From Rhina ancylostomus (Eukaryota): DNA of 64,000 nt. The notes beneath the pieces were generated by a model. That model was not told the origin of the DNA, searched no databases, and saw only the letters and a list, made by a program, of their open reading frames with translations. Numbering within the stretch: position 1 is the first letter of the stretch; every line of letters starts with the position of its first letter. Positions 24,076 to 35,517 of the stretch are shown here, piece after piece. The stretch spans positions 118,279,125-118,343,124 of the forward strand of contig JARFYF010000052.1 of the NCBI GenBank assembly GCA_030265395.1, in the 5' to 3' direction. A program made the position numbers and the translations under genes.

Positions 24076-25884
24076 GATGTTGTTGTGGCATTAATCTACT
24101 CACACTGACTCTCATAGTTTCCCATAATTTCTTGATGTGGCCCACAATGATAAGTGTTTATCTCAGAAAATCCTAAAGTTGTGATGTCTTATTAATCTTA
24201 AGTTGATTTTATAGCTTCAGAGTATAGCTGATCATACAGACATGGAAGGCCCCAGTGCCATTGAGACCCTGCTTGGTTAAGTAGAGCAGTGGTGGACTGA
24301 AAGAGGAAATCTGCCTTTCCTGATCACTTTTCAATGTGGACATCTGCTGAGACTAGGCCCAATTGTGATTTGCCCCTTGGCTGAACAAGAGTGGATTCCT
24401 GAGCAGTGAGCTAAAGAGCAAGCTTCCCTGTAGATAAGGAGTAATTGCCTGTAGGAGGGCAAGGAAGAAATGAGAGTGCAAAGAAAAAACAATGGATAAT
24501 GGTTAGAGTGGAGAGTACATTGCAATTCATTTATTTCTCTTTCTATTTAAGCAGAACTGGACCAGGGATCTGGATTTCAGAAGGGAATTTGGCAAATTAA
24601 ACTAAAGCATGATGTAGTGTAACAGCATGTAGTATTAAGCATACAGATGCCTGACATAGAATGAGTGAATTGTGCCAAATGGACTGAAGGCTTCATTTAG
24701 GAAGCTTGGTCATTGAGAATAATGCTCAGACAAGTATAGCCTACGTATTTAATGTCAAAATTGTGGTTGTGAATTTGATTGTGTAATATCTTAGTCACTC
24801 ATATACATTGGTAAAGTATGGGTTTCATTCTGCTGATGAATTTTGCAAAGAAAAGAGCCAAACAGAATCAGTCAAGTTCTCATGACTGTATTAGTAAAGA
24901 ACTCGTGTGTGGTGCTGAACAGGAAGGTCTGCATATGGGTTTATGATCAGTTACCTGAAAACAAAACTGGCCTGTTTTCTTGATCCAGTCGCTATCCAAT
25001 GGCTCCTGATAGCCTGTCAGCATTCATTATCTGGACTCAAAATAAAGCATGATTACGTGGGTGAGATGCCAATAGCAGTACAATAGGACATTCCTGCATT
25101 CAAAATTTTGCTGTTTGAGGATTACTCAATTTTGCTTTTCTTCACTGCTCATTCCTGCACATAATGTATTATTTCACATTTCTCACTGCTGAACTGCATC
25201 TGCCACTTATTAACCCACGCTACAAACCAAATGATATCATTGTGTAGTCATCAGTCTCCCCTACATGATGATCATTTCTCATCCAGGTGGTTTATTTGTT
25301 TATAATGTAAGCAACATGGATGCTCAGATTTATTGAGAAAGTAAGTGTATCTGAGGTGTTACTTTGGCTATCAAAGGCATAGCTGATTTTTATTGACTCT
25401 GGCTGGGGGTGTCCAAAATTCCCCTTGAAGTCCACTCGTCACTAATGGAGATTCTGAGAAGCATGCTCAATCACCACTAACAAGAGTCACCTGCTTCGGT
25501 GGGTCATTTTTAAAAAAAAAACTCTCAACACATCTTGTTGATCTTTGATACTTCTCACAAACTTTGTTTTCCCTTTCTATCCACAGTTCATGGCTCTTTT
25601 CCTGATCACAATTCCATATCACTGCTGTTTTCCCACTTCCAACATTGTACAGGCATTATTACTGTTCTCTTCCTCTACACTGGCACACTCTCCTCCTTTT
25701 AGTGACTGTAAGCTTCTCCATTCACACATTCCTGGTGCCTCCTTGTGCCAGTGTCTGTTCTCTGAGCTCAAAATCCCATTCTCATTCAATTACAATGGAG
25801 TTCAATCATCTGAAGAAGCTACAGAGATAGGAACCATGGGATTTGTTAGTTTCTGGCAAAGTCAGCAATTAGTGCACATCTTCT

Positions 25885-26415
25885 GATTGTCCTTAGGGAG
25901 CTGGTGGTGAATTGCTGCAGTCCTAAAGTCATGGCTACAGTCCCAGGATTTTGTTCCTGGGACAATAAAGGATGGCATTATGGTTCCAGGGTAGATTTGT
26001 TTGGAACTTGAAAGTGGTCACCATCCTATGTGTCTGCTACCCTTCTCTTTCCATAGAGAGGAGGCTGTAGTTTTAAGTGTTACTGCTGAAGAGATCCTGG
26101 AGTAACTACAGCTTGTGGTGCTTCAGTGCAACAACAGTGGAAGAGTGCCTGCTCCAATGGTGAATGACCTCCTGATCAAATGGCTGCACTGCCCTGGATG
26201 GTATTGAGGCTCTTGATTGTTATTGGTGCTACATTCATCCATGTAAGTGGCAAGTATTTCATTATACTTCTGACTGGTATCTTGCAGTTGGTGGAAGGCT
26301 TTGAATAGTTGAGAGGTAGACAATTTTCCAAAGAGTACCTGGTCTCTGATCTGCTTTTGAAACGACAGTATCTATGTGACTGTATCAGTTAAACTTCCAG
26401 TCAATGACTTCTAGG
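25885..26415 (-). mobile_element. CR1/L2-clade LINE ORF2 C-terminus (old)
   Basis: Homologous to 59080-59710; frameshifted remnant resembling IYKAQVRSVMEY..DTIQDKAARLI. Confidence 0.65.
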
Positions 26416-28769
26416 GCTGAACTTGGGATCTATGCTGAGAAATAGAAGCTAGCACTCAGTACTGGCTCCATCATTCAGTACGCTCACAGCATTACCACCA
26501 GCACCAAGCATTGTTTTTGAGCATGTCCTCACAGTACTGTCAAACCACAATATCGATGTCTGCTCTCTCTGTGCAACTGCCAACTCCAAACTCTTGGTAT
26601 TAATACTTGCACTTCCTGTACTGCTACCCACAGTAAGGATCATGTATTGGGAGCTGTTCCCTATCTGGGCACAAAATGGACCAAGTTCCCAGGAGAGATA
26701 CAGAACACTGCACTCCTCCTTCATAATTATAACTCAGATGCATAACTCACTGGGCGAGGTGTTTGCTTATTGTTTTTAAAGTTGTGTTGTTCATGAGCAG
26801 GCACAGCAAGCATGCAGTGTGCTTTCACACCACTGCTGAATGCTGTTCAATATCCAGTTTATTTAGTTATTGTCTTTTCCCTTCTTTGTAGAAGAGTTCC
26901 TTCCAGCGAATTTGAGCTTGGGACCGCTGGAAACTGCAGGTTGTGTCTTGATAGAGCCAACTAACCTTTCCTTTTAAAGCGGCTGGCCTACCTCCAGTAA
27001 GTAGTCAGTCAGATTTGGCCATACTGCATGTAACTTCAGTGCTCCAGATCCAGGGAAGGTAAAACAGAGACTGTTTGCTCCTGTTTGCCACCTGTTAATT
27101 CTACCCTTGGCTGTAGGTGTTGAGGTGACATCAGGGTCTGGTCTGCAATGGAGCCAATCCCCATTCCCTGAGCTGTTCATATTTGCTGGCAGCAGCATGG
27201 GCACCAGATTAGATGCAATAGGCAACTTTGGGAGAGGATTAGATGTGAAGTTTTGGGTTGGATTCAGTGGGAAGAGGTCAGCAGTTTGCATTTAGCTCAG
27301 TGCAGTTTTCCTGCAGGAGCTCAATTTAATGGCCAGCTACTAATTTCATAAGTACACAGAAGAAAGTTTTGCAGCAGAACCTTTCCTAATGCATCTCATG
27401 CATGTAGAATCTGCAGGTACTGAATAGTTATCCTGTTTAAAGCAGGTAAGATTTCTGTGAACTACTGTTAATGGTTTGTACATTTAATATTCAATTTTCT
27501 TCTGTGGGGAAAAAATACATTCTCAGTATTGTATACTTGCGTGTGGTCTGGATCAGAAAAGCATATTTTGGAAAGTCTGCAACTTAACACCTTTTAAGGT
27601 GTTTGTGGAGATTGATGTTCTGTTAATAGTATCTTAATCCTTGGCTCTAGTTGTGAATCCAGGATGTGATCAACCGTCTTTCTGTGCCTCTTAATCTGTG
27701 AGATTTTGGGATTAGCTGGTGTGGTAGCATTCAAAATTTGTTTCTGTGAATGGCAATCTAGAAATGCTTTTTAACGTTAATCATTTTCTTTGCCACTCTT
27801 TTCCCCTTCCAACCTGACCTGAGGATGCTAGGTAACACTTTGCTGGCACACATATTGCTCCCTAGTACATTGTCCAAGAAACTATTGTCACATGCGAGCC
27901 TTGGATAATAAGATATTCAACACAGGCATCACCTACATGTGCAACTCCAGGAGAAGGCTGGCAGTGCAGTGGGCTGGTGAATTAAGACCTATTGGTAAAG
28001 CTGTTCAAACGGCAAATGCACAAAACTTGCCTGTGTGAACCACATGAAGCTGCTGAGCTTTAAAACTTGCTGGCAACTTATTTCCACTCTTGGGTTACAT
28101 TTTGATGTTTTTTTTATTTAACCTTCCTGGTGTCTTGTTGGCCTCGCTTTGTAGATCAATGCCCAGAGCTGTGCAGGATCACTCTGGGTTACCCTTCTAC
28201 ATCTACATCTAGCCTTCTACATTGCCATTAATTTATTCTGGGTGCTGTGAATTAACCCTGTTCTGCCCTTGCATACTTGTGGTTTGCTTGTTCTGTGGCA
28301 TTCTTGTCAGTTCTGGACTTGACTGTGGTGAGCTGATCATGGCAAGTTTAAAGAATAGAAGCTGGGCAGCATCATTAACAGCATTGTTGGTTACAGAAAA
28401 ATTACATCCAACGTAGTGAGGTAAAGTATGGCTATCAAAAGTTTTTGTTTTCTAGATATAGATAGTATCTTGTCTCCTTTTTTCTTTATGAGCATTTTTT
28501 TTCCTTGTCAAAAAAAGTGTTGAGTAGCATGTACAAGTATTTCAGTATGATGAAATGTTTCTGATCATTGCAATAGTTAACTGAAAACTTCATTTTAATG
28601 AGGGTGGCATTGAAGTCTCCCTGCCGTTTGATTCTCCAGTAGGTGTTAATACTTGAAAGAGGACAGATAAAAAGGAATACCATTTAGAATTCTGTTTCAC
28701 ATTAAGAGTGGAACTTGTGGTGGAAAAAGATCCTTTTGTGTTATTATTGCTGAGAAACAAAACATAATG

Positions 28770-28960
28770 GATTTAAAAACAGAAACACTCAGCAGTTCTG
28801 GCAGCATATGAGGAAAGGGAAATAGAGTCAAAGTTTCAAGTCATGGGCCCTTCATCTGAATTGGAGTAAACTTGTTCAGAGAGGGTGAGTAAGGGATGAT
28901 TTGGACAAGGGGAATAATTCTGGGAGGGTGAGAGTTGGATTGGGGAGTAGATAATCTTTG
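28770..28960 (-). mobile_element. Penelope-like terminal-repeat remnant
   Basis: acactcagcag...gtttcaagtcatgggcccttcatctg (hammerhead-like core on the minus strand). Confidence 0.6.
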
Positions 28961-29039
28961 CACAGACACCCAATTTCTTCACTTGCTGCTGTTGATAAAA
29001 AAGAATACCTTTGCATAGTACAAAGATCTGAGCTTCTGA

Positions 29040-29880
29040 ACTGTCTCACGAGAAAAATAGAATATAAATTGGAAGGAAGTCATTGTCAAAGTACAAAGTT
29101 GTCAGGTCAGACCATTGCAACATCATGAGATGTTACAGAGAATAGCTGACCCTTAACTTCAGAGGAGTTACTTCAGAACATTGGGCATTTCCATTATGAA
29201 ACAAAGTAACTGAGTGAAGAGTATATAAAATAGTATAATGGCATTGAGTGCAAAATACAACAAAACAAAAATTGATCTTGGGGTAGAAGGACAAAAATTC
29301 AAAGTAGTGATCATCAATTTAGGACTGACATTGGGAAGTACTTAGCAAAAGCACATGAACTTCCAAGGATGGCTCATAGTCACAGGGACGTATGGAAACC
29401 AGCCTTTCAGCCCACTGAGTCCGCATCAGCCATCAACCACTCATTTACACTAAACCACTAATCCCATTTTATCCTTGCATTCCCATCAACTCCCCTTTTT
29501 AGGTTCAGCCATTCACCTACACACAAGGGGCAATTTACATTGGCCAATTAACCTACCAACCTGCATATCTTAGGGACATGGGAGGAAACTAGAATACCCA
29601 GAGGAAATTCAAGCGGTCGCAGGGAGAATGTGCAAACTCCACACAGACAGGATCAGAGGTCAGGATTGAACCTGGGTCTCTGGCGCTGTGAGGCAATGCC
29701 TCTACTGTCTGCGCCACTGTGCCACCCTAAGTAGAAATCTAGTCAAACCCAACTGAGGCACCTGGACAGTGAAGGACATGAAAGTTAAGGTGGGAAATGG
29801 ATGAGGTGCAGAATCAGTTGTGGTTTTACTAATTGGCAGTACAGCCCTGTGGAGCCAAATGGACTCCTATTTCTTTGTTT
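29040..29880 (+). mobile_element. Highly decayed CR1 3' region split by a V-SINE
   Basis: ggaagtcattgtcaaagtacaaagttgtcaggtcagacc..., resuming after 29730 and ending ggagccaaatggactcctatttct. Confidence 0.5.
29375..29728 (-). mobile_element. tRNA-derived V-SINE (HE1-like), near full length
   Basis: Reverse complement begins gggtggcacagtggcgcag (A-box region), then ggttcaatcc (B-box), V-domain-like core and CR1 tail. Confidence 0.92.
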
Positions 29881-31182
29881 CAATAAAATGAATTTTGAAT
29901 TGATTGGAGCTTAACGTTAGCCCAGTACTTTAAACAACCTTCTCAGTATAAAACTGCCCCACAGTGAAGAGCTTAGGAGACACTTCTCCCAGGAGTGTGG
30001 TAGCTGGTACCTCTACTCAAGTGGAATACCTTGGATCCTTTCAGGAAGGAGTTGCCTGCTATTTACGGGGACCTGTGCATTCTTCTTGTAACTGACCAGT
30101 CTTCCTTTTCCATATTGACCTCATGACGTATTGTGGATTATTTTGAAGGATTGTGCCTGCTGTTATATGCAAATGTAAGCAGCAGGATCCCATAAACAGT
30201 ATGGGATTAAATGAACAATCATTCAATATTGGACAATTGTGCATTTGTGGGCAAAGTAGGGTGGCCATGATTTTTTTCCTTGCATTGACCCCAGAGCAAA
30301 CCTGGTGCATCTTGGTGTAATTCTGCTCTTCAGCCCATAGTATTTTTGATTATTAAAACTTGAGAAAACCACAGTCTGAATATTTCTTGACATGTTCTTT
30401 TAGCTTGCTTTAGAACACTGAAAGTGTGGATTTATTTTACCCCACCATATTATTAAGCCTTTGTTTTCCATCCCTGATAACTAGTTAGGAATTGTTCCAT
30501 GGAACTGAGCCACAACAAGAAATGGTTCCTTATATTCCTGTGGTTAACTGATATTCCAAGTCAGCATTCTTAAAGTAAGGGTTCTGTGGAGTCATGGTGT
30601 GGTAGATAGGGGATAGTTGGGCATGGTGTTAAGGGAGGAGACCAGGCTGCAGAATATTGGGGGAAAGGCTTGGGCAGGTGAATGGGATTGAGTGCTATTA
30701 AGAGAGGGTAGAGACTGGGATATGGGTTGGGGAGAAGGACAGGCCATTTGTTGAGTTTGACAATCATTGGAGAGACTAGAGGAGGAATCAGCAGGAGGAA
30801 AGCTGAGGGCTTTATTGAGCTCTCTTGCCTTTTTGCAGCAGTCCTGCAATCCTCCACCAGAAGGAGCGAAGTAACTTCTGGAGTCAGCAGCTCATTCCTC
30901 CATTTCATCGCCCCAACTAACCTTAAATGGTGCCCTAGGAGTCGGATTCAAATGTGCTTAGTTCAACTGCAGGATACATTCTGGCTGAGAGCAGCTCAAA
31001 GGAAGTATCACGGTTAAATCAATTCTATTCACTTCAACGATCCAAACATTACATATTTAAAAGGGTTCACAGATAGCTAATCGACTGATTTAGATCTTCC
31101 CTAAATTCAAAATATCTAGGCTGCCCTTGGTTTGTTGTCTGCTAACTGGGCAAAGATCAAGAACGGCCCTGGATATCATCTG

Positions 31183-31325
31183 AAACAAAAACAGAAATGC
31201 TGGAAGAGGGCAGAAGGGTCCATTGCTGAGAAGGGAAGTTTCTCTTTCCACTGCTGCTTGACTGGCTGAGTTCTTCCAGCATTTCTGTTTGATATTCCAG
31301 CATCTGCAGTTTTATTTGGTTTCCT
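31183..31325. mobile_element. Inverted pair of Penelope-like end remnants (hairpin)
   Basis: aacagaaatgctggaag ... cttccagcatttctgtt arms are reverse complements. Confidence 0.7.
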
Positions 31326-32004
31326 AGAACATCATTTGTCTTTGCATGTAAATGGCACCATCGCACTGGTGTAAACATTATGTAGTCATAAGTGACCTTT
31401 GCTGCAGGTTCCAGTTGTCCAGAGTAACTAATGTAGAATATTAGCACTTTATCTGCATGGAAAACAGTGAAACTCCTTGAACTGACACAAGCAGATGTAT
31501 AGCTCATTTTTAGCCAATGAAAGCGGTTTTCTGAAAGCGGCTCCCAGGCTAATGTTTGTAGATGGAGTACTCTTTTATAGAAGAGCTGCAGATATAGTAA
31601 TTAATTTTTTTTTGTATACTGTATCTCTGTTTTCTACCACTTTCCTGAAGAATTGGGCATGAGAGGAGCAAACGAGCAATGGACTACAGGCTGTATCTCT
31701 GCCCACTGTAAATTATCCTTCCTGCCTGTCCAGAAGGAAGGCAGCTAGCTATCTCCTGATTGCCAAACCATGTGTAGATGGGCAGGCCTGCATGGGCCAG
31801 TGTTTTCAACCTTCTGCTGCTACAACTCCCAGTCCCATGGTGCCACAGGATGTGAGTGGTAACAGATCCCAAAGCAGCGGCAGCTCCCTGGAGCTGCTTT
31901 TGGAAGGGGAGACTTCTACCTTACCTCGTACTGCAGACATTAATCCTGAGATCTTAATTGATATGAAGCTCCAGTTTTTTTTGATGTCGCTCTCTGTCTT
32001 CACC

Positions 32005-32375
32005 ACAACTTGTTTATTTGCAATATAAAAAAAAATATGCTACAAGTTATGACCTTGGAATGTCCCAAAACATGTTACAGCTAACTAAGTACATTTCAAT
32101 GTAGTGAATGTTGTAATGAAGGAAACAAGGTAAATACTGGCTAGGGCACTGCAGAGACAAGCTCCCTTTCCTTGCTGTGAAATCTCGTACGTCTGCTTGA
32201 ATGGACTGATGGATCCTTTGGTTAATGTTTCCTCTGAAAGATGATACCTCAGAAGGTGTGGTGCTCCCACAGCACTGCATCAGAGTTGGCCTAGAATTCT
32301 TCCACACGTCTCCTGGGTGGGTCCCGAGTCCATAGTCTTTTGGTTCAGAGATGGAGTGCTCCCGCCAGCTGACCT
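32005..32375 (-). mobile_element. Deu-domain SINE (SacSINE1-like)
   Basis: ggttaatgtttcctctgaaagatgatacctcagaaggtgtggtgctcccacagcactgca resembles the reverse Deu domain; tRNA-like head at the right end. Confidence 0.7.
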
Positions 32376-32559
32376 ACTCTTTCTAGATGGCAGGATCCCA
32401 CCTTGTGTTAAGTACCACAACATCAGGGCCTGGGATGTGGCAGGATTGGGTCAGTGGTTCTACAGGTACTTGAACCTTTCACTGTCTGGCTAACTGGCTA
32501 CTCTTTACACACATGCCTAGGCTGAGATTCAGGCTATGGGTGATTAAGATTTTTGCAAA

Positions 32560-33270
32560 TCAGGTGCAGATTCTGGAAATCTAAAAGCACAAAATGCTAG
32601 AAAGATTCAGCAGGTCAGGCAACACAGTGGAAAGAGAGACAGAGTTGATATTTTGGGTTGAAAATCCTTCATTAGAATTGGGGAAAGTGAGGATACAAAT
32701 TAGTTTTAAGATGTAGAGAGGGTGGGAAGGGATGGATAAGATAAAGGGAATATCTCCGATACAGTTCAGCCCAGTTTGCCCAGATGTTGATGTTTTTTGG
32801 GCTGTGTAGTTAACAGATTAATGAGGGTAGTTTCAGAGCGAACAAACAACAGGATACATTAAACAAGTTCAATGCAGTTCAGAGCTATTGCTGAAATCTG
32901 AACACAAAAGGAGAATACTAGAAATGCCCAGCACACCAGGCAGTGTCTGGAGAGAGAATATTGCAGCAGATAACCTTGCATTAGAGCTAGGCAGTTCTGA
33001 TTCAAACAGAAAATTGAGTTACCTGAAATTTATTACATTAGATATTAAGTCCTGAGCATGCAAAATGATGATTATCCTTGCTTGGCATCTGCAGAAGTCT
33101 TTCAGTCCAAAATGCTGAACATCTGAAATAGAAAACATAGGTCAGGCAGCACAGGTGGAGGGACACAATCAGAAATTCCATTTGAACAGAGCTGCTTCAA
33201 GGTGAAGGACAGTCAGAACTCCATGACGGACTTGCTGACTATTTCTAGCACTTCCTGTTTTTATTTAAGA
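32560..33270. mobile_element. Cluster of Penelope-like terminal-repeat remnants
   Basis: Several cagcaggtcaggca / gcagattctggaaatct / atttctagcacttcctgttttt motifs in both orientations. Confidence 0.6.
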
Positions 33271-34407
33271 CTGTGTCTCAAAGTGGATAACCTGACTGGT
33301 TTTCCTAACCCACTGACCCTGAGTGTTTGATTCACACCTGGTGTGTGATCCCCTAATTTAGCACGGCAGGGATTGAGTCTTGGAATTATTCATTTTTAGT
33401 GGCGGTTAACACCTCTTTGTGCAATAATTGTAGTTCCATTTAAGTTTTAATTCCAATACTTTGAAGAAGCTGTGTTCACTGGGAAAGCTGCTACTCAACT
33501 ATCAATCACACTTGGTTGAGAGCAAACTCAGAGGGGGAATCGTTGAGGTGAGGCTCTAATGAGGTATGCTAGCTTGATGCTGGGTTAAGTATTCACTTTG
33601 AAATGGGGAGTTTGATTAAAATATCAGCTTTTGCATTGTGGACTTCTGATTACATGCAGGTATGGCTGACAGACTATAATTTTGGTTGGAGAATACAGTT
33701 TACATGTGAGATTGTAATCTACACTGTTGGCATCTAACTTTGCATTCCCATTTTGACACAGGAACAAATTATGTGTGAGTGGTGACCCTACTTGGTGAAT
33801 AATGAATGTTGCTGTATTAATTAGTGGCAGTAAAATACATAATGATTTAAAGCTTCAGTTGCCTGTGGCAGTGTTTAAGGTTTAAACAGTGAGTGTAAAA
33901 GAGAATATGGGCATACTTATTTTAAATTGCCAGATGGTGGACATTTTTGAAATTTTATTTGTACATGAAAATGAGTTAAATCATGGAGTAATGGGTTGTT
34001 GCTGGTTGATGTTGCAATTTCTAGTTCCACATATCCAATGTGTATCTGTTTCAGCCTTAATGTGAACCTGGGCCTAAAAGGGTAAAGATTTACTGCTGAT
34101 NNNNNNNNNNNNNNNNNNNNNNNNNNNNNNNNNNNNNNNNNNNNNNNNNNNNNNNNNNNNNNNNNNNNNNNNNNNNNNNNNNNNNNNNNNNNNNNNNNNN
34201 TGGGAATTTAAAATTTAGTTAATAATATGTATATTAAAAAAAGATATCCATATAGCTACTGAACTGTTGTAAAAGCCCATCTGGTTCTTTCAAGTGAGGA
34301 AATGTGCCCAGTTTGGCCAGTATGTGACTCTAGACCCACCCATGTGATTATCCCTTAAAAGCCCTCTGAAATGGTCTCACAAACCACACAGTTCAATAGC
34401 AGTTAGG

Positions 34408-35020
34408 AGACACAAGAGAATGCAGATGCTGCAATCTGGAGCAATAAACAATCTACTGGAGGAACTCAATGGATTGGGCAGCATTTGTGGTGGGGGGGGG
34501 GGGGGCGGGAGAAGTGTCAACGTTTCAGATCAAAACCCTGTATCAGGACAGAGAGTGGAGAGGGGAGATGGCCAGTATAAAGAGGAGAGGGGGAGTGATG
34601 AGACAAGAGCCCAAAGTGATTGGTGGACTGAAGAGGGATGAAAGATGACAGGTAGGGGAGGAGAGAGGTGATGGTGGTGGGGGAGGAGGTGTAGGAACAA
34701 GTGTAATGCCTCCTGTGATTGCAGGGGAAAGGGCTAGAGGTCAGGGAGGGGTATCTGCCTCCATCTGTCATCCACCTGTCAGTCTTCCAACTCCACCCCT
34801 GAACCCCTCCCCGACCTGGTGCAACCTGCCCATCATCTTTCACCCCTCCTCAGTCTACCAATCCCATAGGGCTCCTATCTTACTACTCCCCCTGTCCTCT
34901 TTATACTGGCCATCTCCACTCTCAGACCTGATGCAGGGTTTCAACCTAAAACATTGACAGTTCCTTTCCCTCCACTGATGCTGCTCAACTTGCTGAGTTC
35001 CTCCAGCAGATTGTTTGTTG
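34408..35020. mobile_element. Penelope-like insertion with inverted arms and imperfect 14-bp target-site duplication
   Basis: Arms at about 34408-34670 (minus) and 34755-35020 (plus); central PFPCNHRRHYTCSYTSSPTTI (PLE Cys motif); flanks caatagcagttagg and caacagcaattagg. Confidence 0.85.
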
Positions 35021-35327
35021 CAACAGCAATTAGGGATGGGCATTAAATGCTGCCCCCAGCAGTGATGCCCAGAGCCTAAAAAACAAACAAATTAAGGTTT
35101 AACCAGTAAGTTGCACAGTATGAGTCTTAAGATCCAGTATTCCAAATGTTCTGTCATGTGTTATTCACACATACTTTCAGGTACAAGCATCTGGTGCAAA
35201 TTAATTCTTTTTAAAAATGTAACTGTAACTAAACTGTGAGACGTATGCTTAGATCAGAATCATCTGAACATTTGTGTTCTGACAGTGACTAAGAATAGTA
35301 CATTAGAGCTTGGTATGTGTTCTGCAG

Positions 35328-35517
35328 ATCGTCTCACTTGGAGCTGGGTTTGATTCCTTGTACTTCCGGCTAAAGGCAAGTGGGGAGCTGAAAAATGTAA
35401 TTATGTTTGAGGTGGATTTTCCAGATGTCATTCAACGCAAAGCCACTCTGATTAAAAACAAGCAGGAACTTGTGGAGCTCATAGGCTGCACTGATGAAAT
35501 CGGACCTGCCCAAATGG
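35328..35517 (+). CDS. LCMT2: Internal exon of tRNA wybutosine-synthesizing protein 4 (leucine carboxyl methyltransferase 2), SAM-binding region
   Basis: IVSLGAGFDSLYFRLKASGELKNVIMFEVDFPDVIQRKATLI matches LCMT2/TYW4 (SLGAGFDSLYFRL, EVDFPDV) better than LCMT1 as recalled; acceptor ttctgcag| and donor |gtatga; 190 nt, phase 0 to phase 1. Confidence 0.92.

Noticed and set aside
29640-29728. tRNA gene
   Set aside because: A/B-box-like motifs belong to the SINE head and continue into the SINE body; no full cloverleaf
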